Assembly (NCBI RefSeq): GCF_026965535.1 | Contig: NZ_CP114039.1 | Coordinates: 7,971,461-8,035,460, forward strand | DNA: 64,000 bases | Source: Corallococcus sp. NCRR | GTDB taxonomy: Bacteria > Myxococcota > Myxococcia > Myxococcales > Myxococcaceae | Reading direction: 5' to 3' | In this document: one piece after another, positions 28,356-37,470 of the stretch | Position numbering within the stretch: the first letter of the stretch is position 1 | How the letters are laid out: each line of letters starts with the position of its first letter | Made by a program: the position numbers and the translations under genes | The notes under the pieces: model-generated | Seen by the model: the letters and a program-made list of their open reading frames with translations, nothing else | Database searches by the model: none | Told to the model about the DNA's origin: nothing

Positions 28356-31300
28356 CTAAAGCTCGTGCTCATAGGCTTTTTCCAGCGCGAGATTGTGGCA
28401 GCGATGCTCGGCCGTAGGGAAGCGTCTCCGTACGTCTTCCAGGGTCGCGACCGCATCCCGTCGGCTGCGGAACTGAACCGCCCGCTGGAACTGCATCATC
28501 AGCTGGCTGCACCGGTGGTCCAGCTCCGTTGAAATCTGGGCGATCCGCTCCCGGACGTCCTCGTAGAGCTCCGGCTTGTCGTCCAGCGCTTCCAGGGTGA
28601 TCCACGCGGCGCGGTACTCCCGCCACGCCTTGAACAGGTTCTCCGCGCCCACGTCCTTGAGTTCGTAGAAGCGGGCCCCTGCCTTCGCGGCCTCGCGGGC
28701 GGAGGTGATCAGCTGATCCGGCGGCGCCTCGGGCACCGGGATGATCTCCAGCCGCAGGTTCCAGATGCGCCACGGGTCGCGGCCGGGCGGGTTGAGGGCG
28801 TTGTCGAAGAGGAGCTGGTTGTTGGCGTTGCGGCGCAGGAGGCTGGGCGGGAGGATCTGCTCCAGCTCGCGCTCGGCCGTCTGGGCAGTGTCCGGGGGAA
28901 CCCAGCCCAGGGACACGCCGTTGAGGGACAGGTTGACCTCGTCCCGGGCGATGTTGCTGGCCTGGTAGTGCAGCACCGCCACGGCGCGCGTGGGGGACAC
29001 GAAGCGGAAGTCGAAGAGCTTGTCGTCGGCGTGGACCCAGCGCACGCCCTCCCCCAGGCCGAAGGAGTCCGGCACCGGATCCATGCCCAGCTGGAAGGGT
29101 TCGCGGCCCGGGAGCCGGATGGCCGAGGGGGCCGCGAGCGCCACGAGCAGCGTCAACACGCCCAGCACGGCCACGGCCGCCAGCGACGCGAGGCCGATCC
29201 GCTTGGGCAATGACTGGCGCTGCCAGAAGAGGACGAACTGGCCCTGGAGCGACCGGGCCAGTTGACGCCGCCTGCGGGCCTTGTCGGCGGCGGACGAGGG
29301 CTCGACCTTCGCGACGACCGTCACCGGGCCGTTGGGCGCGGGCTGGATGAAGGAGTCCTCCGCGCCGGCCGGCACGGGCTGGGTGGCGTCGCCCTCCACA
29401 TCCGGAGCGGGCACGTGGGCCAGCACGGGGGCTTCGCCCGGCAGCGGGCCGGGGTCCAGGGTCGGGGCCGGCGCGCCCCGGTCCCGGCCGGCGAACGTCA
29501 CGGGCTCCGGCGAAGGCGGCGGGACAGGAGGGCTCCAGACGGGAGCAGGCGCCACGGGGCCGGGCGCGACCTGCCCCGAGAAGGTGCCAGAGGCCCGGGT
29601 CTCCTCGGGGGCCGCGGAGAGGTCATCGTCCTGGCCGACGAAGGTCGAGGGCTCGCTGGAGTCGACCGCGGGGGCGGCGATCGCGACGCGGACCGGAGGG
29701 GCCACGAGCGGACGGACCGGGGTGATGGGCCGCAGGTCGAGGACGGTCCGCTCCTCGGGCTCCTCCATCACCGGCGGCAGCAGCGCGGGCGAGGCCTCCT
29801 GCGGCGGCGGTGCGTCTTGGACGGGTGGCGCTTCCGGGGTCGCCGGAATCGCCATCAGCGTGCGCTCCTCGGGCTCGTCCAGCTCCGGAGCGGGCAGCAC
29901 GGGGGGCGGCGCGGCGGCGAACCCGGGCGAGTCCACCGTGGAGATCGCCATCAGCGTGCGCTCCTCGGGCTCGTCCGGCTCCGGAGCGGGCAGCACGGGG
30001 GGCGGCGCGGCGGCGAACCCGGGCGAGTCCACCGTGGAGATCGCCATCAGCGTGCGCTCCTCGGGCTCATCCGGCACCACGGGGGCCAGGGCCACGGGAG
30101 GCCGTGCGGGCGGCGGCGGAGCGATGAGCCCCGGCGGCGACATCAACGGCAGGCCGGGCGCGGAGGCCGCGGTGCCCCGGGCCGCCGGAGCAGCGGACGA
30201 GCCAAGGCCTGGCGAGGGCGAACCGACACCGGGAAGGTTCGCGACGGAGTTCCGCTTCGCGGCAGCCGCTGGCTCGACGGGGGCTGGAGCGGAGGGTGCC
30301 GTCCGCCCAGGGACGCCTGCCGCGGGAAGTTCGATCGCGGTGGGGTGCGAAGGCTCCGAGGCTGCCTCCAGCAAGGACGACCGGCCCGGGCCTGAGGCCC
30401 CGACCGCCGCCAGTCCCGGCCCTGAGGCCCGGACGGAGGCGGAAGCTCCCGAAGCCTTGTTCGCGGCCGAGGCGCTCGGCACCGGGGGGCCAGCAGGAGC
30501 CTTGGCCGGAGCGGAGGCCCCCAACACCGGGGGGCCCACGGGAGTCCTGGCCTGCGCTCCCGGCGCGGAAGCCCCCAACACGGGAGGCGCGGCGGGAACC
30601 TTGCCCGAAGCAGCCGACGCGGAAGCGCCCAGTGCAGGCGGACTCGCGGGAACCTTGCCCGACGCAGCAGAGGCCGAGGCACCCAACGCAGGCGCAAGTG
30701 CCGGAACCTTGCCCGAAGCAGCCGATGCCGAGGCACCCAACGCAGGCGCAACTGCCGAAACCTTGCCCGAAGCAGCCGATGCCGAGGCACCCAACGCAGG
30801 CGCAAGTGCCGGAACCTTGCCCGACCCAGCCGATGCGGAAGCGCCCAGCGCAGGCGGACTCGCAGGAACCTTGCCCGAAGCAGACGATGCGGCAGCGCCC
30901 AGCACAGGCGGACTCGCGGGAACCTTGCCCGACGCAGCCGATGCGGCAGCGCCCAGCGCAGGCGGACTCGCGGGAACCTTGCCCGACGAAGCAGAGGCCG
31001 AGGCGCCCAACGCAGGCGGACTCGCGGGAACCTTGCCCGACGCAGCCGACGCGGAAGCGCCCAGCACGGGTGGCCCCGCGGGTGGATTGGGCTGAGTCGC
31101 CGCTCCCGGCGTGGGCCGGACCGGCATGGCGGCACCGACCGCCGGCAGATCCGGAGCGGAGGGCCGCTTCGGTGTGGCGGCCGGCATCGGCATCGCCGGG
31201 GTCGCCCCACCCTTCGCGGCGGGCACGGCCATTCCCGGACGCGGCGGAGACGCCGGCCGGGCCATGGCCGGCATCGACTGCTGATAGCTCGTGGGCGCCG

Positions 31301-31634
31301 CTTCGATCTCCGCGAGCGACGCCTGCTCCACGCCCTGCGGCGACACCTTCGCGTGCGGCGGCGCGAGCACCCGCCGGATGGGCCGGGTGACGTCGTCGTC
31401 ATCCTCCGGCGCCACCCACACGAAGGTGAACTCCACCGGCCCCACGGTGATGCGGTCGCCGTCGCGCAGCTGCTTCTCGCCGTCCAGCGGATGGCCGTTC
31501 AGCTGCGTGCCGTTCGCGCTGCCCACGTCCTCGGCGAAGTAGCGCCCATTCTTCGCCGTGATGCGGGCATGACGCCGGGAGACACCGTGGTCATGCAGCA
31601 CCAGGTCGTTCTCCGAGGTCCGGCCGATCTTCAC
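28356..31634 (-). CDS. Giant FHA-domain bitopic protein with two internal tandem-repeat arrays and a C-terminal periplasmic domain (YscD/EscD-like architecture)
   Basis: N-terminal FHA (…GRTSENDLVLHDHGVSRRHARITAKNGRYFAEDVGSANGTQLNG…). This is followed by ~12 copies of a 17-aa repeat (PALGASASAASGKVPAS) and 3 copies of a 30-aa repeat (EPEERTLMAISTVDSPGFAAAPPPVLPAPE). There is one TM (IGLASLAAVAVLGVLTLLVALAA), then a ~300-aa C-terminal folded domain. Confidence 0.75.
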   Translation of the reverse strand: MKIGRTSENDLVLHDHGVSRRHARITAKNGRYFAEDVGSANGTQLNGHPLDGEKQLRDGDRITVGPVEFTFVWVAPEDDDDVTRPIRRVLAPPHAKVSPQGVEQASLAEIEAAPTSYQQSMPAMARPASPPRPGMAVPAAKGGATPAMPMPAATPKRPSAPDLPAVGAAMPVRPTPGAATQPNPPAGPPVLGASASAASGKVPASPPALGASASASSGKVPASPPALGAAASAASGKVPASPPVLGAAASSASGKVPASPPALGASASAGSGKVPALAPALGASASAASGKVSAVAPALGASASAASGKVPALAPALGASASAASGKVPASPPALGASASAASGKVPAAPPVLGASAPGAQARTPVGPPVLGASAPAKAPAGPPVPSASAANKASGASASVRASGPGLAAVGASGPGRSSLLEAASEPSHPTAIELPAAGVPGRTAPSAPAPVEPAAAAKRNSVANLPGVGSPSPGLGSSAAPAARGTAASAPGLPLMSPPGLIAPPPPARPPVALAPVVPDEPEERTLMAISTVDSPGFAAAPPPVLPAPEPDEPEERTLMAISTVDSPGFAAAPPPVLPAPELDEPEERTLMAIPATPEAPPVQDAPPPQEASPALLPPVMEEPEERTVLDLRPITPVRPLVAPPVRVAIAAPAVDSSEPSTFVGQDDDLSAAPEETRASGTFSGQVAPGPVAPAPVWSPPVPPPSPEPVTFAGRDRGAPAPTLDPGPLPGEAPVLAHVPAPDVEGDATQPVPAGAEDSFIQPAPNGPVTVVAKVEPSSAADKARRRRQLARSLQGQFVLFWQRQSLPKRIGLASLAAVAVLGVLTLLVALAAPSAIRLPGREPFQLGMDPVPDSFGLGEGVRWVHADDKLFDFRFVSPTRAVAVLHYQASNIARDEVNLSLNGVSLGWVPPDTAQTAERELEQILPPSLLRRNANNQLLFDNALNPPGRDPWRIWNLRLEIIPVPEAPPDQLITSAREAAKAGARFYELKDVGAENLFKAWREYRAAWITLEALDDKPELYEDVRERIAQISTELDHRCSQLMMQFQRAVQFRSRRDAVATLEDVRRRFPTAEHRCHNLALEKAYEHEL
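29844..30110. repeat. In-frame 90-nt tandem repeat (3 units) inside the giant FHA gene
   Basis: Three nearly identical 90-nt units (cgccatcagcgtgcgctcctcgggctcgtcc[a/g]gctccggagcgggcagcacggggggcggcgcggcggcgaacccgggcgagtccaccgtggagat). Confidence 0.75.
30440..31075. repeat. In-frame 51-nt tandem repeat array (~12 units) inside the giant FHA gene
   Basis: Near-identical 51-nt units (e.g. ggaaccttgcccgaagcagccgatgccgaggcacccaacgcaggcgcaagtgcc) encode the 17-aa motif. They differ mostly at synonymous or single positions. Confidence 0.7.
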
Positions 31635-31707
31635 TTCGGCCTGCTCGAAGGCGAGCTCCCGTCCAACCTGGAGCCCCTGGGTGATGGTGAGCAGGATGGG
31701 CAGAGGA

Positions 31708-32598
31708 CTAGCCCCCGACGTTGCCGAACATGAACTGGAACACGATGGGCCCGAAGAGCACCATGAACACCGTCGGGAAGATGCAGGCGATGAGCGGGAA
31801 GAGCATCTTCACCGGCGCCTCGCCCGCGAGCTTCTCCGCGCGCTGCGTGCGGTCGATGCGCATCTGCGTGGACTGGATGCGCAGCACCTTGCCCAGGCTC
31901 GTGCCCATCTTGTCCGCCTGGATCAGCGCCGTGACGAACGTCGTCAGCGACGGCAGGTCCACGCGCACGATCATGCTCTTGAGCGCCTCTTCACGCGTCT
32001 TGCCCATCTTGAGCTGCTTGAGCACCAGTTGCAGCTCCTCGCGCAGCGGACCCTGGCGGCCCTTCTCCACCACCTTCGCCAGCGCGCCCGTGAAGTCCAT
32101 GCCCGCTTCCACCGACAGCGTCAGCAGGTCCAGGTTGTACGGAAGCGCGCGGCTGATGGCCAGGTGACGGCGCTTCACCTGATCGTTCAACCAGATGAGC
32201 GGATAGAACAGGCCCAGCAGCATCACCAGCAGCGACCAGGCCAGGTTCATCCCGATGCCGTTGACGACGAACAGGCCGGCGAGCAGCGCGAAGAAGGCAC
32301 TCACCTCCTGCAGCGCCATGATGTCCTCGGGCTTGTACTGGGACGGCTCGCCCGCCTTGATCAGCTTGCGGCGCGTCTTGGACTCGTAGCCCGGCCACAT
32401 GAAGCGCCGGTTCATCGCCCCCAGCTTGCGGATGGCGACGGAGCCCGCGCCCTTCATGCCGCCTGCGGACTCGTCGCGGACCTCCGTGAGGAAGCGCTCC
32501 AGGAGGTTGGAGTACAAGCCGATGCCCAGGAACGCCACCGCACCCGCGGTCAGCAGTGCCGAGCCGCCCATCAGCAGAAATGTCAGGACGTCCTGCAC
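31708..32598 (-). CDS. Tad/T2SS-F family inner-membrane platform protein (TadC-like)
   Basis: T2SSF-domain profile with 3 TM regions (…ALPYNLDLLTLSVEAGMDFTGAL…). The downstream partner of a TadB-like gene. Confidence 0.75.
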   Translation of the reverse strand: MQDVLTFLLMGGSALLTAGAVAFLGIGLYSNLLERFLTEVRDESAGGMKGAGSVAIRKLGAMNRRFMWPGYESKTRRKLIKAGEPSQYKPEDIMALQEVSAFFALLAGLFVVNGIGMNLAWSLLVMLLGLFYPLIWLNDQVKRRHLAISRALPYNLDLLTLSVEAGMDFTGALAKVVEKGRQGPLREELQLVLKQLKMGKTREEALKSMIVRVDLPSLTTFVTALIQADKMGTSLGKVLRIQSTQMRIDRTQRAEKLAGEAPVKMLFPLIACIFPTVFMVLFGPIVFQFMFGNVGG

Positions 32599-32611
32599 GG
32601 TGCGCCTCGTT

Positions 32612-33457
32612 TCAGATGTCGATGTTGACGATGCGCCGGATGATGAGGATGCCCATGATCTCCATGATGGCGATCAGGGTCACCAGGATGTAGCCGAAGA
32701 TGTGGTTCATCATCGGCTCCATCAGGTCCGGACGCATGTAGTTGAGCACCATGCCCAGCACCGCCGGCATGGCCGCGACGATCCACCCTTGAAGCTTGCC
32801 CTGGGACGTCAGCGCGTCGATCTTGCCTTCCAGACGGAAGCGCTCGCGGATCACCGTGGAGATGGTCTCGAACATCTCCGCCATGTTGCCGCCCAGCTGG
32901 CGCGCGATGTTGGTGGACACCACCACCAGCTCCAGGTCGTCGCTGCCCACGCGGCGGCCCATGTTGACGAGCGCCTCCTCCAGCGGCACGCCCAGCTTCA
33001 CTTCCTTCACGAAGAGGCCGAACTCCTGGGACAGGGGCGGCATCGCCTCGCGCGCCACGTGCTCGATGGCCTGGGGGAACGTGAGGCCGGCCTTGAAGGC
33101 GTTGGCCATGGCCTGCAGCGCGTCCACCAGCTGCACGTTGAACTTCTTGATGCGGCGCTTGCGGTAGTGCTTCACGAGCAGCATCGGCAGGAAGAAGCCG
33201 AAGATGGTCGCGAGCACCGCCAGGATGGGGTTGAAGATGATGTAGCTGAGGATGCCCAGAAGGCACATGCAGGCGATGTTGAGGATCAACATCTGCCGCG
33301 CGTCGATGAACAGGAACATGTCGCTCAAGTCGTTCATCGACTTGGCGACGTACCGCTCCTGGTACTGCTCATACGCCTTCGACAGGACGCTGAAGATCAC
33401 CAGGCTGAAGAAGAACACCGAGCCGGTGACGAGAAGGAGGACGATACCTGCGAGCAT
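32612..33457 (-). CDS. Tad/T2SS-F family inner-membrane platform protein (TadB-like)
   Basis: T2SSF-domain profile (…FPQAIEHVAREAMPPLSQEFGLFVKEVKLGVPLEEALVNMGRRV…) with N- and C-terminal TM helices. Confidence 0.75.
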   Translation of the reverse strand: MLAGIVLLLVTGSVFFFSLVIFSVLSKAYEQYQERYVAKSMNDLSDMFLFIDARQMLILNIACMCLLGILSYIIFNPILAVLATIFGFFLPMLLVKHYRKRRIKKFNVQLVDALQAMANAFKAGLTFPQAIEHVAREAMPPLSQEFGLFVKEVKLGVPLEEALVNMGRRVGSDDLELVVVSTNIARQLGGNMAEMFETISTVIRERFRLEGKIDALTSQGKLQGWIVAAMPAVLGMVLNYMRPDLMEPMMNHIFGYILVTLIAIMEIMGILIIRRIVNIDI

Positions 33458-33537
33458 GGGCGCGAATCCCCGGGGGATGAGGGAGGGGTCGGCAGGGCCG
33501 CTTCAGCCTGGAGGCGAAGCAGCCCCGCGCGCGACGA

Positions 33538-34356
33538 CTACGGAGCTCCGGCCGAGGCCTTCTCGCCGCCGCCACTGCCCTTGATGATCTGGATGATCTC
33601 CCGGCGCTTCTGCTCCAGCACGCGGGTGCGCTCGCCGGAGAGCAGCGTGCTGATGGTCGCGCGGCCGCGCTCCTCGATGAGGTCCACGTCGTCCTCGTTG
33701 CGCAGGGACAGGGTCAGCTGCCCCAGCTCCGCCGCCAGCACCAGGATCTCCGCCTCTTCCGGCAGCACCATCAGCGAGACGTTGGAGTACTCGCGCTGGT
33801 TCTCGGGGATGAGGTTGATGTTCGTGGTGCCGGTGATCTTGCCCGTGGCGACCACGATGATGTTCTGCAGCAGCGTCACCGCGACGCTCTCGTCCGTCTG
33901 CGGATCGCGGAACGTGCCGATGATGTCCACGTGGTCGTTGGGGCGGATCCACCCGCCCACGGCCGTGGTCTGCTTCGCCTCGATGGTGATGGCGCGCGCC
34001 TTCTTCTGCACCTTCGTGGACAGGCGCTCGGCGGCCTTCGTCGTCTCGAACTGGCTCCAGAGGATGGGGTCGCCGGCCTGCAGCGCCACCAGCACCTTCT
34101 GGTTCACGATGTAGTTGGCGGAGTCCGGCTTCACCACCGACGAGGTGACGAACTGCTCCGGCACGGAGCGCTGGGAGATCATCTCGTACGTGATGACCGA
34201 ACCCTCGGGCATGTCCTGGCCCGCCACCACCACGGGCACCAGGTTCCACCCGCGGCGCACATCCGATTCCTTCTTCTTGATGGCCGAGTAGGCCACGATG
34301 CCCGCGAGCAAACCGAGCACCAGTGCGACGACGAGCGGGGTCTTACCCTTCAACAT
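33538..34356 (-). CDS. CpaB/RcpC-family Flp-pilus assembly protein (SAF plus RcpC domains)
   Basis: N-terminal TM, then a SAF-like domain (…VVVAGQDMPEGSVITYEMISQRSVP…) and RcpC beta domain. The start is ATG 34356 with a GGAGGA RBS. Confidence 0.7.
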   Translation of the reverse strand: MLKGKTPLVVALVLGLLAGIVAYSAIKKKESDVRRGWNLVPVVVAGQDMPEGSVITYEMISQRSVPEQFVTSSVVKPDSANYIVNQKVLVALQAGDPILWSQFETTKAAERLSTKVQKKARAITIEAKQTTAVGGWIRPNDHVDIIGTFRDPQTDESVAVTLLQNIIVVATGKITGTTNINLIPENQREYSNVSLMVLPEEAEILVLAAELGQLTLSLRNEDDVDLIEERGRATISTLLSGERTRVLEQKRREIIQIIKGSGGGEKASAGAP

Positions 34357-34587
34357 GGTTCAAAGTCCTCCAGAACGGTGGGGCGCCGTCGTGGCGGCAG
34401 GACTGCTTTGGACGAGGGGGCGATGCCAGGGCGCGAACGGGCAAGATGTTAGCCATGCCCCAGAGCAGGTGTCAAAACCACCTCTCGCGACAAAGCGGAA
34501 TCCCAGGACCTCCGGCACTCACGGAGCCTGCCCGCCCAGCGGGGAGGACGGCTCGACGCAGCGGGTGGATCCGCGGCCTTCCGTCCC

Positions 34588-34890
34588 TCAGGGGAACGGC
34601 AGGTTCAGCACGAAGTAGAACGAGTCGTAATAGATCTGGTACGCCTCGAGGAACAGGTCGATGACGTTGGTCTGCCGGTCATCCGTCCAGCGGATCTTCA
34701 CCGTGGCGCCGATGACGAGCCCGACGATCAACACCCAGTTGATCATCGAGTACTCCACCATGGCCTGGCCACGGCGGGCCCGGCGCGGGGAGCGCGGCGG
34801 CGACTTCCGGGGGCTGTTCACGGGGGGAGCGTGCACGTCCGACGTCATGTCCCCATTATCCAGGACCGAGGCCCCGGACGCATCGGTCAT
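34588..34890 (-). CDS. Flp-family (type IVc/Tad) prepilin with an unusually long leader
   Basis: Contains the Flp processing motif G/XXXXEY (RRG|QAMVEY) followed by a hydrophobic helix (SMINWVLIVGLVIGATV). The mature part is ~59 aa. A ~40-aa basic/Pro-rich leader precedes the Gly. Confidence 0.6.
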   Translation of the reverse strand: MTDASGASVLDNGDMTSDVHAPPVNSPRKSPPRSPRRARRGQAMVEYSMINWVLIVGLVIGATVKIRWTDDRQTNVIDLFLEAYQIYYDSFYFVLNLPFP

Positions 34891-34908
34891 GTGGACTGCC
34901 GCCCTCCC

Positions 34909-36354
34909 CTACTGCGCGGGCTGGGCGGGAGCGGCCCCGGCCGGAGCCGCGGGAGCCGCGGGGGACGAGCCCTGACGCAGGCGGCGCTGGGCCAGTTGCG
35001 CCGCGCTGGAGCCGGGGGCCTCCGTGATGATCTGCCCGCAGACGGCGGCGGCCTCCTGGGTCCGGCCCTGCACGGACTCCGACTCGCACAGCCGTGAGAG
35101 CAGCGCCAGCCGCTCGCTGCCGCTGGCTCCGGCCGAGAGCGCGGCGCGCAGCAGCCGTGCCTCCCGGGCGCGGTCTCCCTGGTTCGCGGCGGCCTGGGCC
35201 TGGGCGGACAGGTCGCGCGCCGCCATCGCCTCCTTGGAGGCGGACTTCTCCACGGGCGCGGGCTTCGCGGCCTCCGCGCGGGCGGAGGACGTGGCGGTCG
35301 ACGGTTTCGGGGACACCGCACCGCCGATGGAGCCGATGGAGCCCGTGGCGGCGGGCGCCATGGGTGCGGCCTGGACCACGGGGGCGGAGGCCACGGAAGG
35401 CGGTGGCGGAGGCGCGTCGGCGGCGACGCTCTCGTCGTCGGTGCCGAGCCCGCGGCCATAGGCCGCCTCCCCCAGCCGCAGGGAGTCGCCCTTCGCGCCC
35501 ATGGCCTTGTCGCTGAGCTTGCCGGAGGAGCGCCGCGGCGCGGGTTCCTGCTTCGCGAGGGAGCCGACGCCGGGCGCCTCTTCCTTCGGAGGCGCATCCA
35601 TCGCGGGCGCCCCGGCCGAGGACTGCTCGAGCGCGGCGAACTCCTCCGCGTCGTCCCGGACGGCCTTGGACACCTTCTTCCTGGGAGCCTCGGCCTCCGC
35701 GCGGCGCTCCAGCAGCGCGCCACCGCCGCCCGCGTTCATCCAGTCCGACGGACGGGCCGCGGCGGCGTCCTTGCGCTTCACCTTGGCCTCCACCTGGTTC
35801 TTGCTGAACTCCAGCTCGCGCGGCGCGGACGCCAGCGCGTCCGCGTCACCCTCGGGCACGTCCACCTCGAGGGTCGCGCTCGAAGGCGGCGCGGGGGCTG
35901 GGGCGCTCGGGGCGCTCTTCGCCTGCGTCGACGAATCCTGCTTCGCCGCCTCCATCGCCAGGGCAGGCGCGGCCTTCCGCGACAGGTTCGGCGACAGGTC
36001 GACGTTCTCGCTCACCGTCAACGTCAGCAGGCCGAAGGTACCCACCGTGGCCAGGCCCACCGCGGGCAGGAGGAAGCGGCGCCAGCGCGAGGGCTTCGGC
36101 TCGGGGCCGGCGGCGGCGCGGCGCGCGGACTGCTGTGCGTACGCGAGCAGCGACTCCAGGCCCGCGTCCGGCGCGGGCTCCGACGACAGCTGCGCCATGG
36201 TGGTGCGCACGCCGCGGATGTCCGCCAGCGCCTTGGTGCAGCGCGCGCACCCCTGGACGTGCTGCTCCAGCGCCTGGGCCTCCGACGCGGGCAACTCGCC
36301 GTAGGCGAAGTCGAGGAGCCGGTCCTCGTGCGCGTGGGCATTCTGGGCATTCAT
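34909..36354 (-). CDS. Anti-sigma factor (zf-HC2 N-terminal domain, single TM, large Ala/Pro-rich periplasmic region)
   Basis: Zinc-finger anti-sigma motif H…C..C (HVQGCARCTKALADIRGV) and a TM (LLPAVGLATVGTFGLLTLTV). The start overlaps the ECF sigma stop (ATGA). Confidence 0.7.
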   Translation of the reverse strand: MNAQNAHAHEDRLLDFAYGELPASEAQALEQHVQGCARCTKALADIRGVRTTMAQLSSEPAPDAGLESLLAYAQQSARRAAAGPEPKPSRWRRFLLPAVGLATVGTFGLLTLTVSENVDLSPNLSRKAAPALAMEAAKQDSSTQAKSAPSAPAPAPPSSATLEVDVPEGDADALASAPRELEFSKNQVEAKVKRKDAAAARPSDWMNAGGGGALLERRAEAEAPRKKVSKAVRDDAEEFAALEQSSAGAPAMDAPPKEEAPGVGSLAKQEPAPRRSSGKLSDKAMGAKGDSLRLGEAAYGRGLGTDDESVAADAPPPPPSVASAPVVQAAPMAPAATGSIGSIGGAVSPKPSTATSSARAEAAKPAPVEKSASKEAMAARDLSAQAQAAANQGDRAREARLLRAALSAGASGSERLALLSRLCESESVQGRTQEAAAVCGQIITEAPGSSAAQLAQRRLRQGSSPAAPAAPAGAAPAQPAQ

Positions 36355-37031
36355 CCCGCCACCGTCCTTCCATCCTCCGACAGGTCGCCGTCCACGCCCA
36401 GCTCACCCAGGCGGCGGCGCAGGCCCTCCAGCGCGTAGCGCATGCGGCTCTTCACCGTGTTCTCGGACACGCCCGTCACCTCGGCGATCTCCTTGAACGG
36501 GATGCCGCTGTACTCGCGCAGCACGAACACCTCGCGCTGCTCCTCCGGCAGGGCTGACAGGGCCCGCTCCAGGAGCGGCCGGAGGCGGGCGTTGTGCGCG
36601 CCGCGCTCCGGGCTGGCCCCGGCATCCGGCAGCCCCTCGCCCAGCGGACGTCCCTCGTCGCCGTCGGCACCCGCCGAGGGGGCTTCCAGGGACGTCGCCT
36701 GGCGGTAGCTCTCTTTGCGGGTGCTGTCCACGCAGAGGTTCCTCGCGATGGTGTACAGCCAGGTCGTGAACCGGGCCTTGGGCTCGTATTCCCGGGCGCT
36801 GCGGACCACCTTGAGCCAGGTCTCCTGCAGCACGTCCTCCGCCCGCGCCCTGTGGCCCACGAAGCGCAGGATGAAGTTGAACACCGGCGCGCGGTGCTTG
36901 CGCACCAACGCTTCGAACGCACGCGCGTTTCCCGCCTGGAAGGCGAGCATCAGCTGCTCGTCTGAGGTTTCGGGTGCCAAACTTCCCCCAGTGCCCATGA
37001 AGCCACGGGTGCCATCCCCTTCACCGCCCAC
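36351..37031 (-). CDS. ECF-subfamily RNA polymerase sigma factor (sigma-70 regions 2 and 4)
   Basis: Region 2 (…VLQETWLKVVRSAREYEPKARFTTWLYTIARNLCVDSTRK…) and region 4 HTH (…FKEIAEVTGVSENTVKSRMRYAL…). Confidence 0.8.
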   Translation of the reverse strand: MGGEGDGTRGFMGTGGSLAPETSDEQLMLAFQAGNARAFEALVRKHRAPVFNFILRFVGHRARAEDVLQETWLKVVRSAREYEPKARFTTWLYTIARNLCVDSTRKESYRQATSLEAPSAGADGDEGRPLGEGLPDAGASPERGAHNARLRPLLERALSALPEEQREVFVLREYSGIPFKEIAEVTGVSENTVKSRMRYALEGLRRRLGELGVDGDLSEDGRTVAG

Positions 37032-37062
37032 GGCCTGTAACGGACAGCCGTGCGCGAAAGGT

Positions 37063-37470
37063 CTATTCCGGCCGTGGCCGCCGGTAAGTGGCGAGAATGA
37101 CAGGGACCGCCACCCCTGTCACCAGAAGTGCCTGCGCCAGCAGCACCGCCGGTAGCGGGCGCTGCACATGCACGTACAGCGAGCGGCCGAGCCCCACTCC
37201 CAACAGGATGCCCGTCAGCGTGCGCACCGCGTTGGAACCCGAAGCGGGCCGGAAGCGTCCCACCGCCCAGTCCACGAGCGCGGGCAGCGTGAGCCCCAGC
37301 ACCACCGGCACGTCCCACTCCCACTGGAGCGGCGCCTTCAGCGCGAACAGGCCGGCGAAGACGGCGGCGAGCACCGGGTACGTGCCCAGGCACCGCGCGC
37401 ACACGCGCACGCCCGCGAGCACGTACGTGCGGTTGTACTCATCCGGGTGATGATGGCTGAGCCAGAACAC
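37063..37470 (-). CDS. DUF2085-like small membrane protein (start uncertain)
   Basis: CxxC motif (CARCLG) before 3-4 TM helices, typical of DUF2085. The supplied ORF's 5' end overlaps the upstream ABC-ATPase gene, so the start was placed at an internal GTG. Low confidence on the exact boundary. Confidence 0.4.
   Translation of the reverse strand: MFWLSHHHPDEYNRTYVLAGVRVCARCLGTYPVLAAVFAGLFALKAPLQWEWDVPVVLGLTLPALVDWAVGRFRPASGSNAVRTLTGILLGVGLGRSLYVHVQRPLPAVLLAQALLVTGVAVPVILATYRRPRPE

Noticed and set aside
34357-34587. 231-nt gap between the Flp pilin and cpaB, examined for a second small pilin gene
   Set aside because: The only ATG-initiated minus-strand ORF there (from 34456) encodes 37 aa without a G/XXXXEY motif or hydrophobic helix. 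It more likely holds an internal promoter (TTGACA-like hexamer near 34470-34475) than a gene.
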